From assembly GCF_006345805.1 (NCBI RefSeq), contig NC_042997.1, positions 79,980,001-80,044,000 on the forward strand: 64,000 nt of DNA, in the 5' to 3' direction. The position numbers and the translations under genes are program-made. Source of the DNA: Octopus sinensis (lineage: Eukaryota). The notes beneath the pieces were generated by a model. It was given only the letters and a program-made list of their open reading frames with translations. It was not told the origin of the DNA and ran no database searches. Shown one piece after another: positions 23,950-36,909 of the stretch. How positions within the stretch are numbered: position 1 is the first letter of the stretch; each line of letters opens with the position of its first letter.

Positions 23950-25332
23950 TCTATAAGATGTACCCAGTGTAAGCTATGGACACATAAGAGGTGCAGTAAC
24001 ATCAAAGGAAGGCTAACTGGGAAGATAGTTTTTGTATGTGGCAGATGCTCGGGAGCGATAAACACTGAAAATGTGCAGAGACCAACTACCGCCACATTCC
24101 AGGGAGAAAAACTAGAAGTAGTTGATAGCCTCCGTTATCTAGGTGACCAAGTCAGTAGCGAAGGAGGGTGCGCTGAAAGTGTAGCTGCTAGAAAAAGAAT
24201 AGCTTGGGCAAAGTTCAGAGAGTTCTTACCTCAGCTGGTGACAAAGGGCCTCTCGCTCAGAGTAAAAGGTAGACTATGGTGCATTTGTACGAACAGCCAT
24301 GCTACACGGCAGTGAAAGATGGGCTGTGACTGCTGAGGACATGCGTAAGCTCGCAAGGAATGAAGCCAGTATGATCCGATGGATGTGTAATGTCAGTGTG
24401 CATACTCAACAGAGTGTTAGTACCCTGAGAGAAAAGTTGGACCTAAGAAGCATCAGATGTGGTGTGTAAGAGAGACAACTGCGCTGGTATGGTCATGTGG
24501 CAAGAATGGATGTGGATAGCAGTGTGAAAAAGTGCCACACCCTGGCGGTTGAGGGAACCTGTGGAAGAGGTAGATCTAGTAAGACCTGGGATGAAGTAGT
24601 GAAGCACGACCTTCGAACATTAGGCCTCACCAAGGAAATGACTAGCTACCTAGACTTTTGGAAATATGCTGTGCTCGAGAAGACCTGGCAAGCCAAATGA
24701 GACCATAACCTGTGGCCTATGCCAGGAGCGTAACCAGCCCGCTTATGTGTACCTTTCCTTCTTTGGTCACTAAACTCTGCTTGCGAAGACCTGTTGAGGC
24801 AAGTGAAATCAAAATCAACATCAATTCGATGACTGGCATTCATGCTAGCGGTGTGCAAAGAGCACCATACGAGTGTGATCGTTGACAGAGCAGCTATTCG
24901 AGTATGATCGTTACCTGCATCACCTTACTGGCACTTATGCCTGTGCTAGTAGGGTGCCAAGAGCACCATCCAAGTGTGATCGTTGCCAGAGCAGCTAACT
25001 GGCTTCCGTACCCATGGCACGTAAAAGGGCACCATTCAAGCGTGATCGTTACCAACGTCACTTCACTAGCACCTGTGCGGGTGGCACGTGTAAAACGATT
25101 TGAGCGAGGTTGTTGCCAGTGCCAACTGACTGGCCCCCGTGCCGATGGCACATTAAAAGCACCCACTACACTCTCAGAGTGGTTGGCGTTAGGAAGGGCA
25201 TTCATCTGTAGAGACTCTGCCAGATCAAGATTGGAGCCTTGTGCAGCCATCTGGCTCGCCAGCCCTCAGTCAAAATCGTCCAACCCATGCTAGCATGGAA
25301 AGCGGATGTTAAACAATGATGATGATGATGAT
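23950..25332 (+). mobile_element. RTE-clade LINE, 5'-truncated, several stops
   Basis: IRCTQCKLWTHKRC, GEKLEVVDSLRYLGDQVSSEGGC, GRGRSSKTWDEVVKHDLRTLGL; 3' UTR and (GAT)n tail. Confidence 0.93.
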
Positions 25333-25341
25333 ATATATATG

Positions 25342-25383
<42 letters not shown>

Positions 25384-25413
25384 AATATCTATATATTTAG
25401 ATATATATATATA

Positions 25414-26577
25414 CTAGCAGTATCGCCCGGCGTTGCTCGGTTGTAAGGGAAATAACTATATAAGCATTTTTAGAGAGTTATAGCCAAAAAATAGCAAAAA
25501 AATGCATTAAAAATTGAAAAAAAATTAAGGTAAATTTTTTTTTTAAATCGTTGACACATCGTAGATATTTTTAGAGAGTTACTTCCCTTATAATAAGCGA
25601 AAAAAATGCATTAAAATGGAAAAATATGATGGTATATTTTTTTTAAAATCGTAGACTCATCGTAGACGCGCGCTAATACCCAGAAGGGCTCGATATGAAT
25701 CACGACTATAAGATACCCGCTTTTGGTTAAACTGCACCGCAAAATGTGGGAGTTGTTACGAATCTAAATCGAAGGGGACAGACACACAACTTCACTTTAT
25801 AAAGATGCTTTTTTTTTCAGTCATAGAGTTAGATTTATGGAGGTCTTCAGTAGAAATCCTTCGAATTCTGACTCTGCTGATATAATGAAATTCGTATCCA
25901 TTTTTCGTCAGAATTACAAATTTTGAAAACACAATAGGGACAAATTTCGGAAAAAATCTCCCATAATTCACGGAATTAAAATTACACTTCGATTTTTGTA
26001 CAAAACTGTATTTGAAGTGTTTACGAAGTATAATACGTGTTTTCACGAATGTACTAAAGAGATTTACTCTGATATCTCATTTAAATATGAATAGGTAAAT
26101 TCGGGTGGTTTGGTAACGAAAGGGTTTATATAAGTGTCGTCTGTTTATACATAAACACTGTTTCATACTTCAGTTTAGTCTTCCTCAAATCACTCTGTCG
26201 CTAATTTACTCTCTTCCAGAACATTTTCACTCACTCTTATCTGTTAGCTTCCCATACATTTTACTCATGTATCTATCAGCGTGATAGACAGAAACAAATA
26301 TTACATCTAGTTTCACTTTATTCGTTGCACACTGTGTGTGTGCGTTTGCGTGTGCTGTAAACCAGACTAAGAAAAGCATTTGACATACACACCAGAATGT
26401 GAGTTTTCTGTAAATTTTGCTTAATTGGAGTTTAAATTTTAAAAACTGGACCTGGCATGACCCGATGCATTCTACTCTTAAAAATGCTAGGTAAATTGTA
26501 ATTGAAGAAATCCTATATTGTAGATTTCTATAACTTACAAAGGGAGGCAGATAAAATCTGCCTTTTATAATAAGAGA
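25414..26577 (-). mobile_element. Non-autonomous Helitron (composite)
   Basis: Minus-strand 5' A|TC at 26577; 3' hairpin CCGAGCAACGCCGGG then CTAG|T at 25414; hairpin GGCAGAT-AAA-ATCTGCC near the 5' end. Confidence 0.75.
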
Positions 26578-26821
26578 TATACATATTTAGATATATATAT
26601 ATATAGACATATGTAAATATATATATATATAGAGAGAGAGACATAAGTAAATATATATATATATATATATATAGACATATGTAAATATATATATGTATAT
26701 AAATATATGTGTGTGTGTGTATATTATGTATATATATATATATATATATCTGTATTGTGTATATGTATATATATATATATGTGTGTGTATATATATGTCT
26801 GTATATATATATGTATACCCA

Positions 26822-29374
26822 TATCATCATCATCATCATCATCATCATCATCGTTTAACGTCCGTTCTCCATGCTAGCATGGGTTGGACGGTTCGACCGG
26901 GGATCTGGGAAGCCAGAAGACTGCACCAGGCTCCAGTCTTATCTGGCAGTGTTTCTACAGCTGGATGCCCTTCCTAACGCCAACCACTCCGTGAGTGTAG
27001 TGGGTGCTTTTTACGTGCCACCTGCACAGGTGCCAGGCGAGGCTGGCAACGGCCACGGTCGGATTGGTGTATTTTATGTGCCACCGGCACGGAAGCCAGA
27101 CGAGGCGGTGCTGGCATCGGCCATGAGTCGGATAGTGCTTTTTACGTACCACCAGACCAGGGATCCTGGCTGGTTCAATTCGATTTCGATTTCGCTTGCC
27201 CCAACATGTCTTCGCAAGCAAGGGGGTTAGCATGGGTGCCTGTCGTACGGTCAGATTGGTGTATTTTACGTGCCACCGGCACGGATGCCAGTGGAGGCGG
27301 CGCTGGCATCGGCCACGAGTCGGATAGTGCTTTTTACGTACCACCAGACCAGGGATCTTGGCTGGTTCACTTCGATTTCAATTTCGCTTGCCCCAACATG
27401 TCTTCACAAGCAAGGGGGTTGGCATGGGTGCCTGTCGTACAGTCAGATTGGTGTATTTTACGTGCCACCGGCCCGGAAGCCAGTGGAGGCGGCGCTGGCA
27501 TAGGCCACGAGTCGGATAGTGCTTTTTACGTACCACCAGACCAGGGATCCTGGCTGGTTCAATTCGATTTCGATTTCGCTTGCCCCAACATGTCTTCGCA
27601 AGCAAAGGGGGTTGGCATGGGTGCCTGTCGTCGGATGAGGTTCTATATCGACTTCGCTTGCCTCAACAGGTCTTTGTGTCCAAGGGAGGAAAGGCATTCA
27701 TAAGTGGGCTGGGCTCACTTGTCCTGCCTGGTCTTCTCACGTACAGAATATTTCCAAAGGTCTCGGTCACTGGTCATTTCCTCAGTGAGGCCTAAAGTTC
27801 GAAGGTCGTGCTTCACCACCTCGTCCCAGGTTTTCCTGGGTCTACCTCTTCCACGGGTTCCCTCAACTGCTAAGGATTGGCACTTTCTCACACACCTATC
27901 TTCATCCATTCTCGCCACATGACCATACCAGCGCAATCGTCTCTCTTGCACACCACAACTGATGCCTCTTAGGTACAACATTTCTCTCAAGGTGCTAACG
28001 CTCTGTCGAGTATGTACACTGACATTACACATCCATCGGAGCATACTGGCTTCATTCCTCACGAGCTTACGCATGTCCTCGGCAGTCACGGCCCATGTTT
28101 CACTGACATATAGCATGGCTGTTCGTACACACGCATCATACAGTCTGCCTTTTACTCTGAGCGAGAGGCCTTTAGTCACCAGCAGAGGTAAGAGCTCCCT
28201 AAACTTTGCCCAGGCTATTCTTATTCTAGCAGTTACACTTTCAGCGCACCCACCCCCACTACTGACTTGGTCACCTAGATAACGGAAGCTATCAACTACT
28301 TCTAGTTTTTCCCCCTGGAAAGTGACGGAAGTTATTTTCCGCAGATTTTCGGAGGTTAATGCTCCTGAGCATCTGCCACATACAAAAACTATCTTCCCAG
28401 TTAGCCCACCTTTGACATTGCTGCACCTCTTATGTGTCCATAGCTTACACTGGGTACATCTTATAGAGTTTCTACCTACACCTTTTCTACAGATCGAGCA
28501 GGGCCATCTTCCTGAAGACATTTGTGGATTGTCTACCTTTCTACTTATTAGTACTTTGGTTTTAGCTAGGTTGTCTCTAAGGCCCCTCGATTCTAAACCC
28601 TCCTTCCACACCTGGAACTTCTCCTCCAGCTCTGATAGTGACTCAGCAATAAGAGCAAGGTCGTCAGCGTAGAGGAGCTCCCAGGGACAACCTGTCTTGA
28701 ATTCCTCCGTAATTGCCTGGAGGACTATGATAAATAGGAGGGGGCTGAGTACTGAACCCTGGTGGACCCCAACCTCTACTTTGAATTCTTCTGTGTACAT
28801 GTTGCCAACCCTAACCTTACTTACGGCATCTCTGTATATGGCTTGCACAGTCCTCACCAGCCATTCATCTATCCCTAGTTTCCTCATTGACCACCAGATA
28901 AGGGATCAGGGGACCCTATCAAAAGCTTTCTCCATGTCAGCAAAAGCCAGGTACAAGGGCTTATCTTTGGCTAGGTATTTCTCCTGCAGCTGCCTTACCA
29001 GGAATATAGCATCAGTGGTACTTTTCCCTGGCACGAACCCAAACTGCATCTCATCTAAACTAACTCTCTCTCTAATTAGTTGGGCTATGACCCTCTCCGT
29101 AACCTTCATTACTTGATCCAACAGCTTGATACCTCTGTAATTATTTGTATCTAGGTCATCACCTTTACCTTTGTAGCAGTTGACTAGTATGCTGCTACAC
29201 CAGTTATTGGGTATGACTCCTTCGTGTATCACCTGGTTGACTATACGGGTGACTAGGTTATAGCCGACACCGCCAGATATTTTGAGCATCTATGCAGTAA
29301 TTCCTGATGGGCCTGGGGCTTTCCCTGTCTTCATGCTTCTAATTGCCTTAGCTACCACGGAACTATCAACTCGG
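26822..29374 (-). mobile_element. RTE-clade LINE, 5'-truncated, near-intact RT
   Basis: ORFs 28906-29289 and 27715-28887 are in the same frame, separated by one TGA; QGSVLSPLLF, LYADDL, Cys-rich insert CSICRKG...CTQCKLWTHKRC; 3' UTR with 192-bp repeats; (ATG)n tail at 26822-26852. Confidence 0.96.
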
Positions 29375-29728
29375 ATATATATATATAAATTTTTTTTATT
29401 CAGAATGAGATAAAAAATGAAGGCCATTTATAAATAAAAGTCTTACAGCTTTTTCCAGGCTATTTATTATATCTCTCCATTGGTGACAATGAAGGGATAT
29501 AATAAATATCCTGAAAACAGCTGTAAAACCTTCTATTTATAAATGTTATAAATGTTCTAAAATTTTCACAGTGTTGGTTTTTATCTCATTCTGAAAAAAA
29601 ATTCGCATAATCACTGAACCTGGAGCTTAACTATGGTCTATCCATAGCACTTACTCAGCATTACCTGACACCTTTGGGTGTTACTGACACCATTACCTCT
29701 CATAACCCCTATTTACATATATGTGTAT

Positions 29729-29783
<55 letters not shown>

Positions 29784-30809
29784 TATATATATATATGTAT
29801 ACATACATATATATATATATATACACACCCATATATATACATACATATATACACACCAAATTTTTCCATCTTCCATTCTTTACAGTGAGACTATCCAGAT
29901 TACCTGTAAATTGCCTAGTCCAGCTCATTAACACTGTCAAGGTCCTTGATATTGTAATATTATTTACTCAATCATTATCATCATTATTACTATTATGGAT
30001 ATTTCAAAAAAGAATTATCTTAAAATTAAACCTTCTACCTTCTCAGACAAATACTTCCATACAGCATCCAACTCTTAAAAGTTAAAGTAGTAATTATATC
30101 TGAGCTTGTGTGTGTGTTACTACCTATTTATGTTATACATGTTGCATATATCTTATTTTTACTTAGAAACCTCTTTTAATTTCTGAAAGAAACTTGAAAT
30201 AAGAATGTTAATGGCAAACCTGATAGTGATCATTATTACTTTATGGCTTAGTAACATCACTGTTCTTTTGTTGTTCACCCAAAATGTCTATTGTTGCTTA
30301 TAATCCAGTATCATTTGTGTATTTGATGTTACACAAGTATTGTCATAACAACAGCAATAGAAATACAGACTTAAGGTGAGATCAGAGTAGACTGTATCTT
30401 GAAGATCATGGTTACAAGGGGAAATCACTTAAAAAATAATTTAAAATACTTTAGCTTGAAAACTAAAAGGGGTAAACTATGTTAAACTGTCACTCAATCA
30501 CTATGCAATGATTGAAAATTTGGAGGCATTGCATATAACAAAAATTATAATAGAATGGTGTAGGCAAGAATAGCAGTTACAGACTGGTAAAAAATGCAAT
30601 TGTAGCCTTCATTGTCTAACTTTACATTGAAGTTTAAAATCTGGATGATAAATGAGAGGAATATAAGAAAATGTGTTTCTATCAGAAGGGGACAAGGAGA
30701 ATAAGGGATTCAAAGTTGGTGTTATTGGTTCATGTAAATGTAAGGTTTATCATTGCATGCAAAAACATCTACTTCATACCAGTAGGTTGTGATAACTAAA
30801 TATTGGTTT

Positions 30810-31018
30810 CAAATTTTGGCACGAGGCCAGCAATTTCAGGGTAAAAGGTAAGTCAATTACATCAACCCCAGTGTTCAATTGGTACTTGTTTTATCAACCC
30901 CAAAAGAATGAAAGGCAAAGTCAGCCATGTTGGAATTTGAACTCAGAAGGCGAAAATGGATAAAATGCTGCTAAGCATTTTGCCTGGCATGCTAACAATT
31001 CTGCTTGTTTGCCTCCTT
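30810..31018 (-). mobile_element. Second SINE family with Nin/Deu-like central domain
   Basis: Minus strand: ttctgagttcaaattcc then gactttgcctttcattcttttggggttgataaaacaagtacc. Confidence 0.75.
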
Positions 31019-31740
31019 TGTCAAGACAAAATATTGGAATTTCATAAGCTTTGAAAATAATTAACGTTCTTGTTATAGAATACTGATGTTTCCTCAAACT
31101 TCTTTTGTTTTTGTATTTTACCAACTTTCTAAAGACTGTCTGACTTCCTGCTTTGTGTTCAACTATGCTGGTAACCTGCTTTATATGAAATATTCTCTGC
31201 TAAAGCTAAGCTGCTTTCTTTTTTCTGTCTTGCCATCTTTAATTATTGCCTTTGTGCATATTAGTTAACTATAAATGGTTGTCTACTTTCCTGATTTACA
31301 GGCATTTTCTTCTCTGTTGGTAGCTTATTGCTATAAAATGTTTTCTGCTATAACTGACTTTGATATTCTCTTGTAAGTTTTATTGTTAAGGCATGTGATC
31401 TAGTGGTTAGGGTGTTGGGATCATGATCATAAGGTTGTGGGTTCAGTTACTGGATCAAGTGTTGCATTGTATCCTTGAGAATGGATTTTGTTTCTTGTTG
31501 CTCCAGTCAACTCAGCTGTAATGGGTGCTTGTGCTACCTTCTTCCTCCATCTGTCACATTCTGGATGTTCTTCTGTATGAATGGTATGAAAGACAAGAGA
31601 GTGTTTATCTATTTGAAATTACATAAGCACCTAAATTGACTAATGAAAGCATGGAACGTGTTACCAAACAATGCTCATTGGCCGTATTACAAATACGTTG
31701 CAGGAATATTTAGTAATCAAACCTGTATCACTATATCTGA

Positions 31741-32073
31741 TGTAAAAACAACACAAATATGATTGCGATTCACTAGACGTGTTGGTGTTTCTCCGTGTGA
31801 GCTGCTGGTGTTGTCTGTCACTGGAACTGGCTGTGCTCTGTGGTCAGTGGTTAGACCTTAGAAGGTCTAAAACCTAAAGACTTCGACTCGGTGTTGAACT
31901 AGCTTTTTATAGGGACCAGTAGGCTCCAATGGAAATTTAGAAGAGACTGTGTCATGGGATCTTATCAGAAGGCTGAGATTTGTTGGGTTGCACATTGGTG
32001 CGTAATACCAACCAATCAGAGTAGTGAACACAACAGGGTCCAAGCGGTCAAAGGATAGCTGTTATCTGTTACA
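31741..32073 (-). mobile_element. Probable solo LTR (333 bp)
   Basis: Termini TGTAA...TTACA; flanks TCTGA/TCTGT (5-bp TSD, 1 mismatch); TATA-like CTATAAAAAG on the minus strand; more GC-rich than flanks. Confidence 0.6.
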
Positions 32074-32105
32074 TCTGTACTTATGTTATATATAACAGAG
32101 AGAGA

Positions 32106-32823
32106 GAGAATTTCACTAAGCGTATGCTACACCGTCATCAAAAAATCTAATCATTCAAGACTTCGTGTAGTTTCAGATCTAACAATTTCATCTTTGGTGC
32201 TTTTTCTGAGCAAGATCACTACTATGTATTCAATTCATTTTAGCCACTACCAATAGATGATAGACGGCAAATATCAGACCTCAGACAGGACAGAGAAGAC
32301 AAGTAGTAGACAGTAATATAGCCAGCAGCTGGCTAGAGCACTGTCACAACACAAAAACAATAGCTGGACAGCGCCTGCAATACAGTGATCAACTCACATC
32401 ATGACAGCAACTACTATGGTACCTAGTTTCAAGAGCAATAAGCTTTGAACTATCTCAGTATCTTGTTTATAGTAACTACGACATTATTTTGTTCACAATA
32501 AAAATTAATATTTTTAAAATAAAAAATAGTGGTTGCTGTTGTGATGTTAGCTGACCATTGTGAGCTGCAGTTGCTGTCCATTCATTGTTTTTGTGTTGTG
32601 ACAGCATTCTAGCCATTTGCTGGTCGTGCTACTGTTTACTGTGTTCAGTCTGACGTCTACTGTCTGTCGGTAGTGGCTAAAATGCACTCAATATTTAGTG
32701 GTGGTGTTGCCCAGAAAAAGTGTGCCAAAGCCAAAATTGTTGTTAGATCCAATTCCACATGAGGTCTTGAATGATCAGATATTTTAATGACGTTGGTGTT
32801 ATATTCTAGAAAATTGCGATTCT
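32106..32823. mobile_element. Old foldback/MITE element with about 310-bp inverted arms
   Basis: tcattcaagac / gtcttgaatga, cattttagccactacc / ggtagtggctaaaatg and ctgtcacaacacaaaaacaat / attgtttttgtgttgtgacag pair around an AT-rich spacer of about 100 bp. Confidence 0.8.
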
Positions 32824-34162
32824 ATTCTTCAGTTTTTTGTTTTTTACATCAAATATAGTGATCTATGTTCCATTGCTAAATATTATTGCTACAGATGAAA
32901 TAAAAATGTGTTCCTCCTACTCTAATTGTTTTGTAGTTTTATTTTATTTATTGCTATACATTAAATGCTTAAGTGTTCTAAAAATTTGGGTGAGGAAGCT
33001 TACAAGTGTCTTATAAAGCCATTAAATACAATAAATATTTTTCAAGTGGTTACAGCGCCTGTTGTACCTAGTTAGCGCAGATCACAAAGGCCTACGACCA
33101 AAGGTATTCTAGCCATGATCATACCATACTTTTAGGTATAATCTAGGACTATATATTCTAACGTGTGTGATTTTATGTAGATTTGGTTATTATTTTTAGC
33201 CGTTTGAATGAACACATTGAGGCTCTCGTTTTGCTTATAGAAGATTTCAGTTCATCGTACAATTCTATAGTCCATATACATGACAAAGTTGAGTATCTTT
33301 ACCAGAGATACAACATGCACATTACCAATTCTTCATCCAGCAGAGAGCCATCTTTAAAACTTCAACTGTTCGACTTTTTTCAAATCACTAACGGAAACAC
33401 GAAGTTCTTTTTAAAAATAATGTAGTCATAAATAGAATAACAACGACAAAGGGGCAAAAATCAATAAAATAAGTTATCTCCCTTGAAATTAATTTCTCTC
33501 ACGTGTCTTTATTGTATTTGAGAAATCAGTGTATATGAATGCAATACACATATGTTCCTATAGGTCAATAGCAGTCCTTCTCAGTTAAAAGCTCGTTCCA
33601 AAGTTACATTCTACCACTGAAACTCACAAATTTTACTTTAATAATAGTAACCCTCCCCTCAAAACAGCTTTCAAAATGTATTTCAGCTTAAATATGTAAG
33701 GCAACCGATAAAATTTTGAAATTTGATAACAGATGCTATTAATTACCAATCTCACCGCGACTACGTGATTACACACAAACACACACACACATGCACTGTA
33801 ACCTGGAAGATCTACTATTTTCTATTATGGCTGTCCAGATTTCAAGAGGTATTTATTTTCCTATCGACTGTCGTTCCTATCGTGAAAGCAAGAAGCACTG
33901 TATCGTGTGTGTTAACTCTCGTTAGCAGTCCACCAAGTAGTCAACTCGAGAAGCTGTAAGCTGTCGCTGTTAGCACGAGCAGACGGTTTGAAAAACAGAA
34001 CTTAGAGGGATGGGTGTAAACGAATACTCAGGGACTCCTTCTGCTTAAAAAAACAATTAGTGAAGTGGCCGCTTACATGCTTATTATAGCGAGCCTATAA
34101 ACATTAATCATATAAAATAACTCTGCTTAAGAAAGATAAAGATATTTCATTACGGAATTTAT

Positions 34163-34368
34163 ATTGGCTTCAAATTTTTGCACAAGACCAGCAATTTCGG
34201 GGTGGAGGTGGGGTAAGTCGATTATGTCGCTCCAGTACTCAAATGGTGCTTATTTTATTGCACCACGAAAGTCGACCGCGGCAGAATTTGAACTCAGAAC
34301 ATAAAGACGGACAAAATGTCGCTAAGCATTTTGCCCGGCATGCTAACGATTCCGCCAGCTCGCCGCCT
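34163..34368 (-). mobile_element. Second SINE family with Nin/Deu-like central domain
   Basis: Minus strand AGGCGGCGAGCTGGCGGAATCGTTAGC...TTCTGAGTTCAAATTCTGCCGCGGTCGACTTT. Confidence 0.8.
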
Positions 34369-34663
34369 TCATTTCGGAATTTATATTAATTACAAATTGT
34401 AGGAGTGAGCCTAATCTTCGGCAGTACGTTGGCAACTCTGCTCATATTTCAGTCTTATGCCTTACAACTCCCACTGTTTAACTACCCCTCCCCACTTCTA
34501 TACAGTAGATTTGGCATACTAACACAGAAGCGTGTAGGTATGCCACCAGCGACTTTGTTTCTTCATAAGTTTCAGAAAAATTGATATTTTTAAACGAAAT
34601 TTTCTACAGATACTTTCAGATAGTGTACATTATGGTTATATCGGGATTTAATGTGAATAAAGG

Positions 34664-35070
34664 TGTGGCTGTGTGATAAGACGTTTGCTTCCCAACCACA
34701 TGTTTCCGGGTTCAATCCCACCTCGTGGAACCTTAGGTAAGTATTTCCTACTATAGCTTAGGGCTGGCTAATTCCTTGTGAGTGGACAGAAACTGAAAGA
34801 AGCCCGTCGTATATACATACACCCTGCCCACATATATATGTATATATGTGTGAGTGCGTGTTTGCGCCTTTGTGTATGTGTTTGTCTCTCACCACCACTT
34901 GACCAACAGTGTGTTTGCGTCCCCATAACTTAACGGTTGGCAGAAGAGACCTATAGAGTAGGTACCAGGCTTTAGAATAAATAAATACTGAGGTCTTTTC
35001 GTTCGACTAAAGTTCTTCAAGGCGGCACCCCAGCATCACCGCAGTCTAAAGGCTGAGACAAACAAAGAAA
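34664..35070 (+). mobile_element. tRNA-derived SINE
   Basis: tgtggctgtgtgataag...gggttcaatcccac...gaaactgaaagaagcccgtcg...ccccagcat. Confidence 0.85.
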
Positions 35071-35189
35071 TGATGGGTGCGCATATATACATAATGACAC
35101 AAATTGATGGGAGTGACCACCATCATCGTTATCGTCGTCGTCATTATCATTGTCATCATAATTATTGTGGCAATATTTGAAACCATTAT

Positions 35190-35745
35190 TATTATTATTA
35201 TTGAGTGAGAGAGCAGTGCATGCCATCAAAGTGACACTGGGGTTAAATATATACGAAGCCCAGTATACGCATCATGACTACCCGTCTGATAAGGGTACAC
35301 CAGGCACATGCATCACAACCATATGCGCGCGACATGCTGATCTCATATCAAGATAAACAGCGCATGACTTTGCAGGTGGGGCCCAGTTAGAATTTTCTTC
35401 TGGTCAAGTAGCCCATCCTGCTCAAAAGATCCCTGAATAAGGGTTGTTTAAGGATGTTGAACAAACTACTCATGTTTCCAAAAGTGAATTATCCAAACCT
35501 CTAAGAATTTCTTTCAACACACGGCTATGATACTCCCCCACTACTTCTGCTCATGATCAGAGATGCACATATCGTCAGCCACTAAGAGACATGATCAACT
35601 GGTTAAGGTCAAGTAACTGACAAGCAAATCTGTAGTATTGAGCAGAATATTTGTTGCAGCCCATCTTTTATACCAAGACAAAACATGAAAAAAATGTACA
35701 TGATAACACTTCCAATCAGTTAAGAGCAGAAACCATGAGAGCCAC
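35190..35745 (-). mobile_element. Unclassified retroposon-like interspersed repeat with (AAT)n tail
   Basis: GC-richer non-coding block ending, on the minus strand, in an (AAT)n tract at about 35186-35201; family not identified. Confidence 0.45.
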
Positions 35746-36338
35746 TATTGTTGTTGTTGTTGTTCATTTATTAATTTTTTTGATATTACCAACCTCCTTG
35801 TAAATTCCATTGCTGATGCCCTCTCTTATCGGCTCTGCAAGACAAAGAGTCATTCTATTTGACCTGTGTGAATTAACCGCCAGATTATCCAGTAAAGTCT
35901 TTAAAAAATGTTACCTTGGATAACTTAGTTATAGATATACGTAAAGACAGTCAGAACTGAACTAGAGTTTAATAACAATGCTATTTAACTCCTTCTGTTT
36001 CATTAATCTGTAGTTATGCATGTTAATGGTTTATAAACACTGGAACACTTTTTAACTATGGTTAGTTATGGTTTCATGCCTGTTGGATAGGGCGTTAATC
36101 TATCGTAGATCATACCACCACAAGATGTGATACATATTCCCAACAGCTAACCGCAGCTTTATAGAAGAAAAATGGTCTACTCAGGAATGGAACGAAACAC
36201 TTCTGGTGGATTAGAACTCTTGATATATGGGCTGGTTGTGTAATAACTTATCCACTTTTCACGTCCACCACCATTACTAGTAGGTAGTCATAGCTGGGAA
36301 CAGCAACCGACCTATCAAAGAAACTGACAGATACATAG

Positions 36339-36712
36339 TCGTGGCTGTGTGATAAGTAGCCTGCTTACCAGCCACATGGTTCCGGGTTCAGTCCCACTGC
36401 GTGGTACCTTGGGCAAGTGTCTTCTTCTATAACTTCGGGCTGAACAAAGCCTTGTGAGTGAATTTGGAAGCCTGAAACTGAAAGAAGTGTGTGTGTGTGT
36501 GTTTCTCCCCGCTCCCGACATCGCTTGACAACCATTGCTGGTGTGTTTATGTCCCCCGTAACTTTGCGGTTCGACAAAAGAGACCAACAGAATAAGTACT
36601 AGGCTTATAAAGAATAAGTCCTGGGGTCGATTTCTTCGACCAAAACTTTTAAAGTGGTGCTCCAGCATGGCTGCAGTCAAATGATTGAAGCAAGTAAAAG
36701 GATAAAAGAATA
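36339..36712 (+). mobile_element. tRNA-derived SINE
   Basis: gtggctgtgtgataagtagc...gggttcagtcccactgcgtgg...gtgctccagcatggctgcagtc. Confidence 0.88.
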
Positions 36713-36909
36713 ATAGAATAGTTAAGATAGTGTTATTATGTAGGGTACATTTAAGGTTCATTAGAAGTAATTATGTGATGAGGAAAGACAAAAAAATCAA
36801 AACAGCATTACTTAATGTTTCACATTATTTTGATATTTTCGTCAAGTATAACAGTTAATTTTGAATATATTTCGGTATTATTATGACCTTATCAGCGAAA
36901 TATAGAATA

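Noticed and set aside
33723-33960. ORF ending ...EKL|gtaagc, resembling the end of the 56491 exon
   Set aside because: No in-frame ATG (the ORF starts at TTG) and no clean signal peptide; it could still be a non-coding exon, but I cannot support that.
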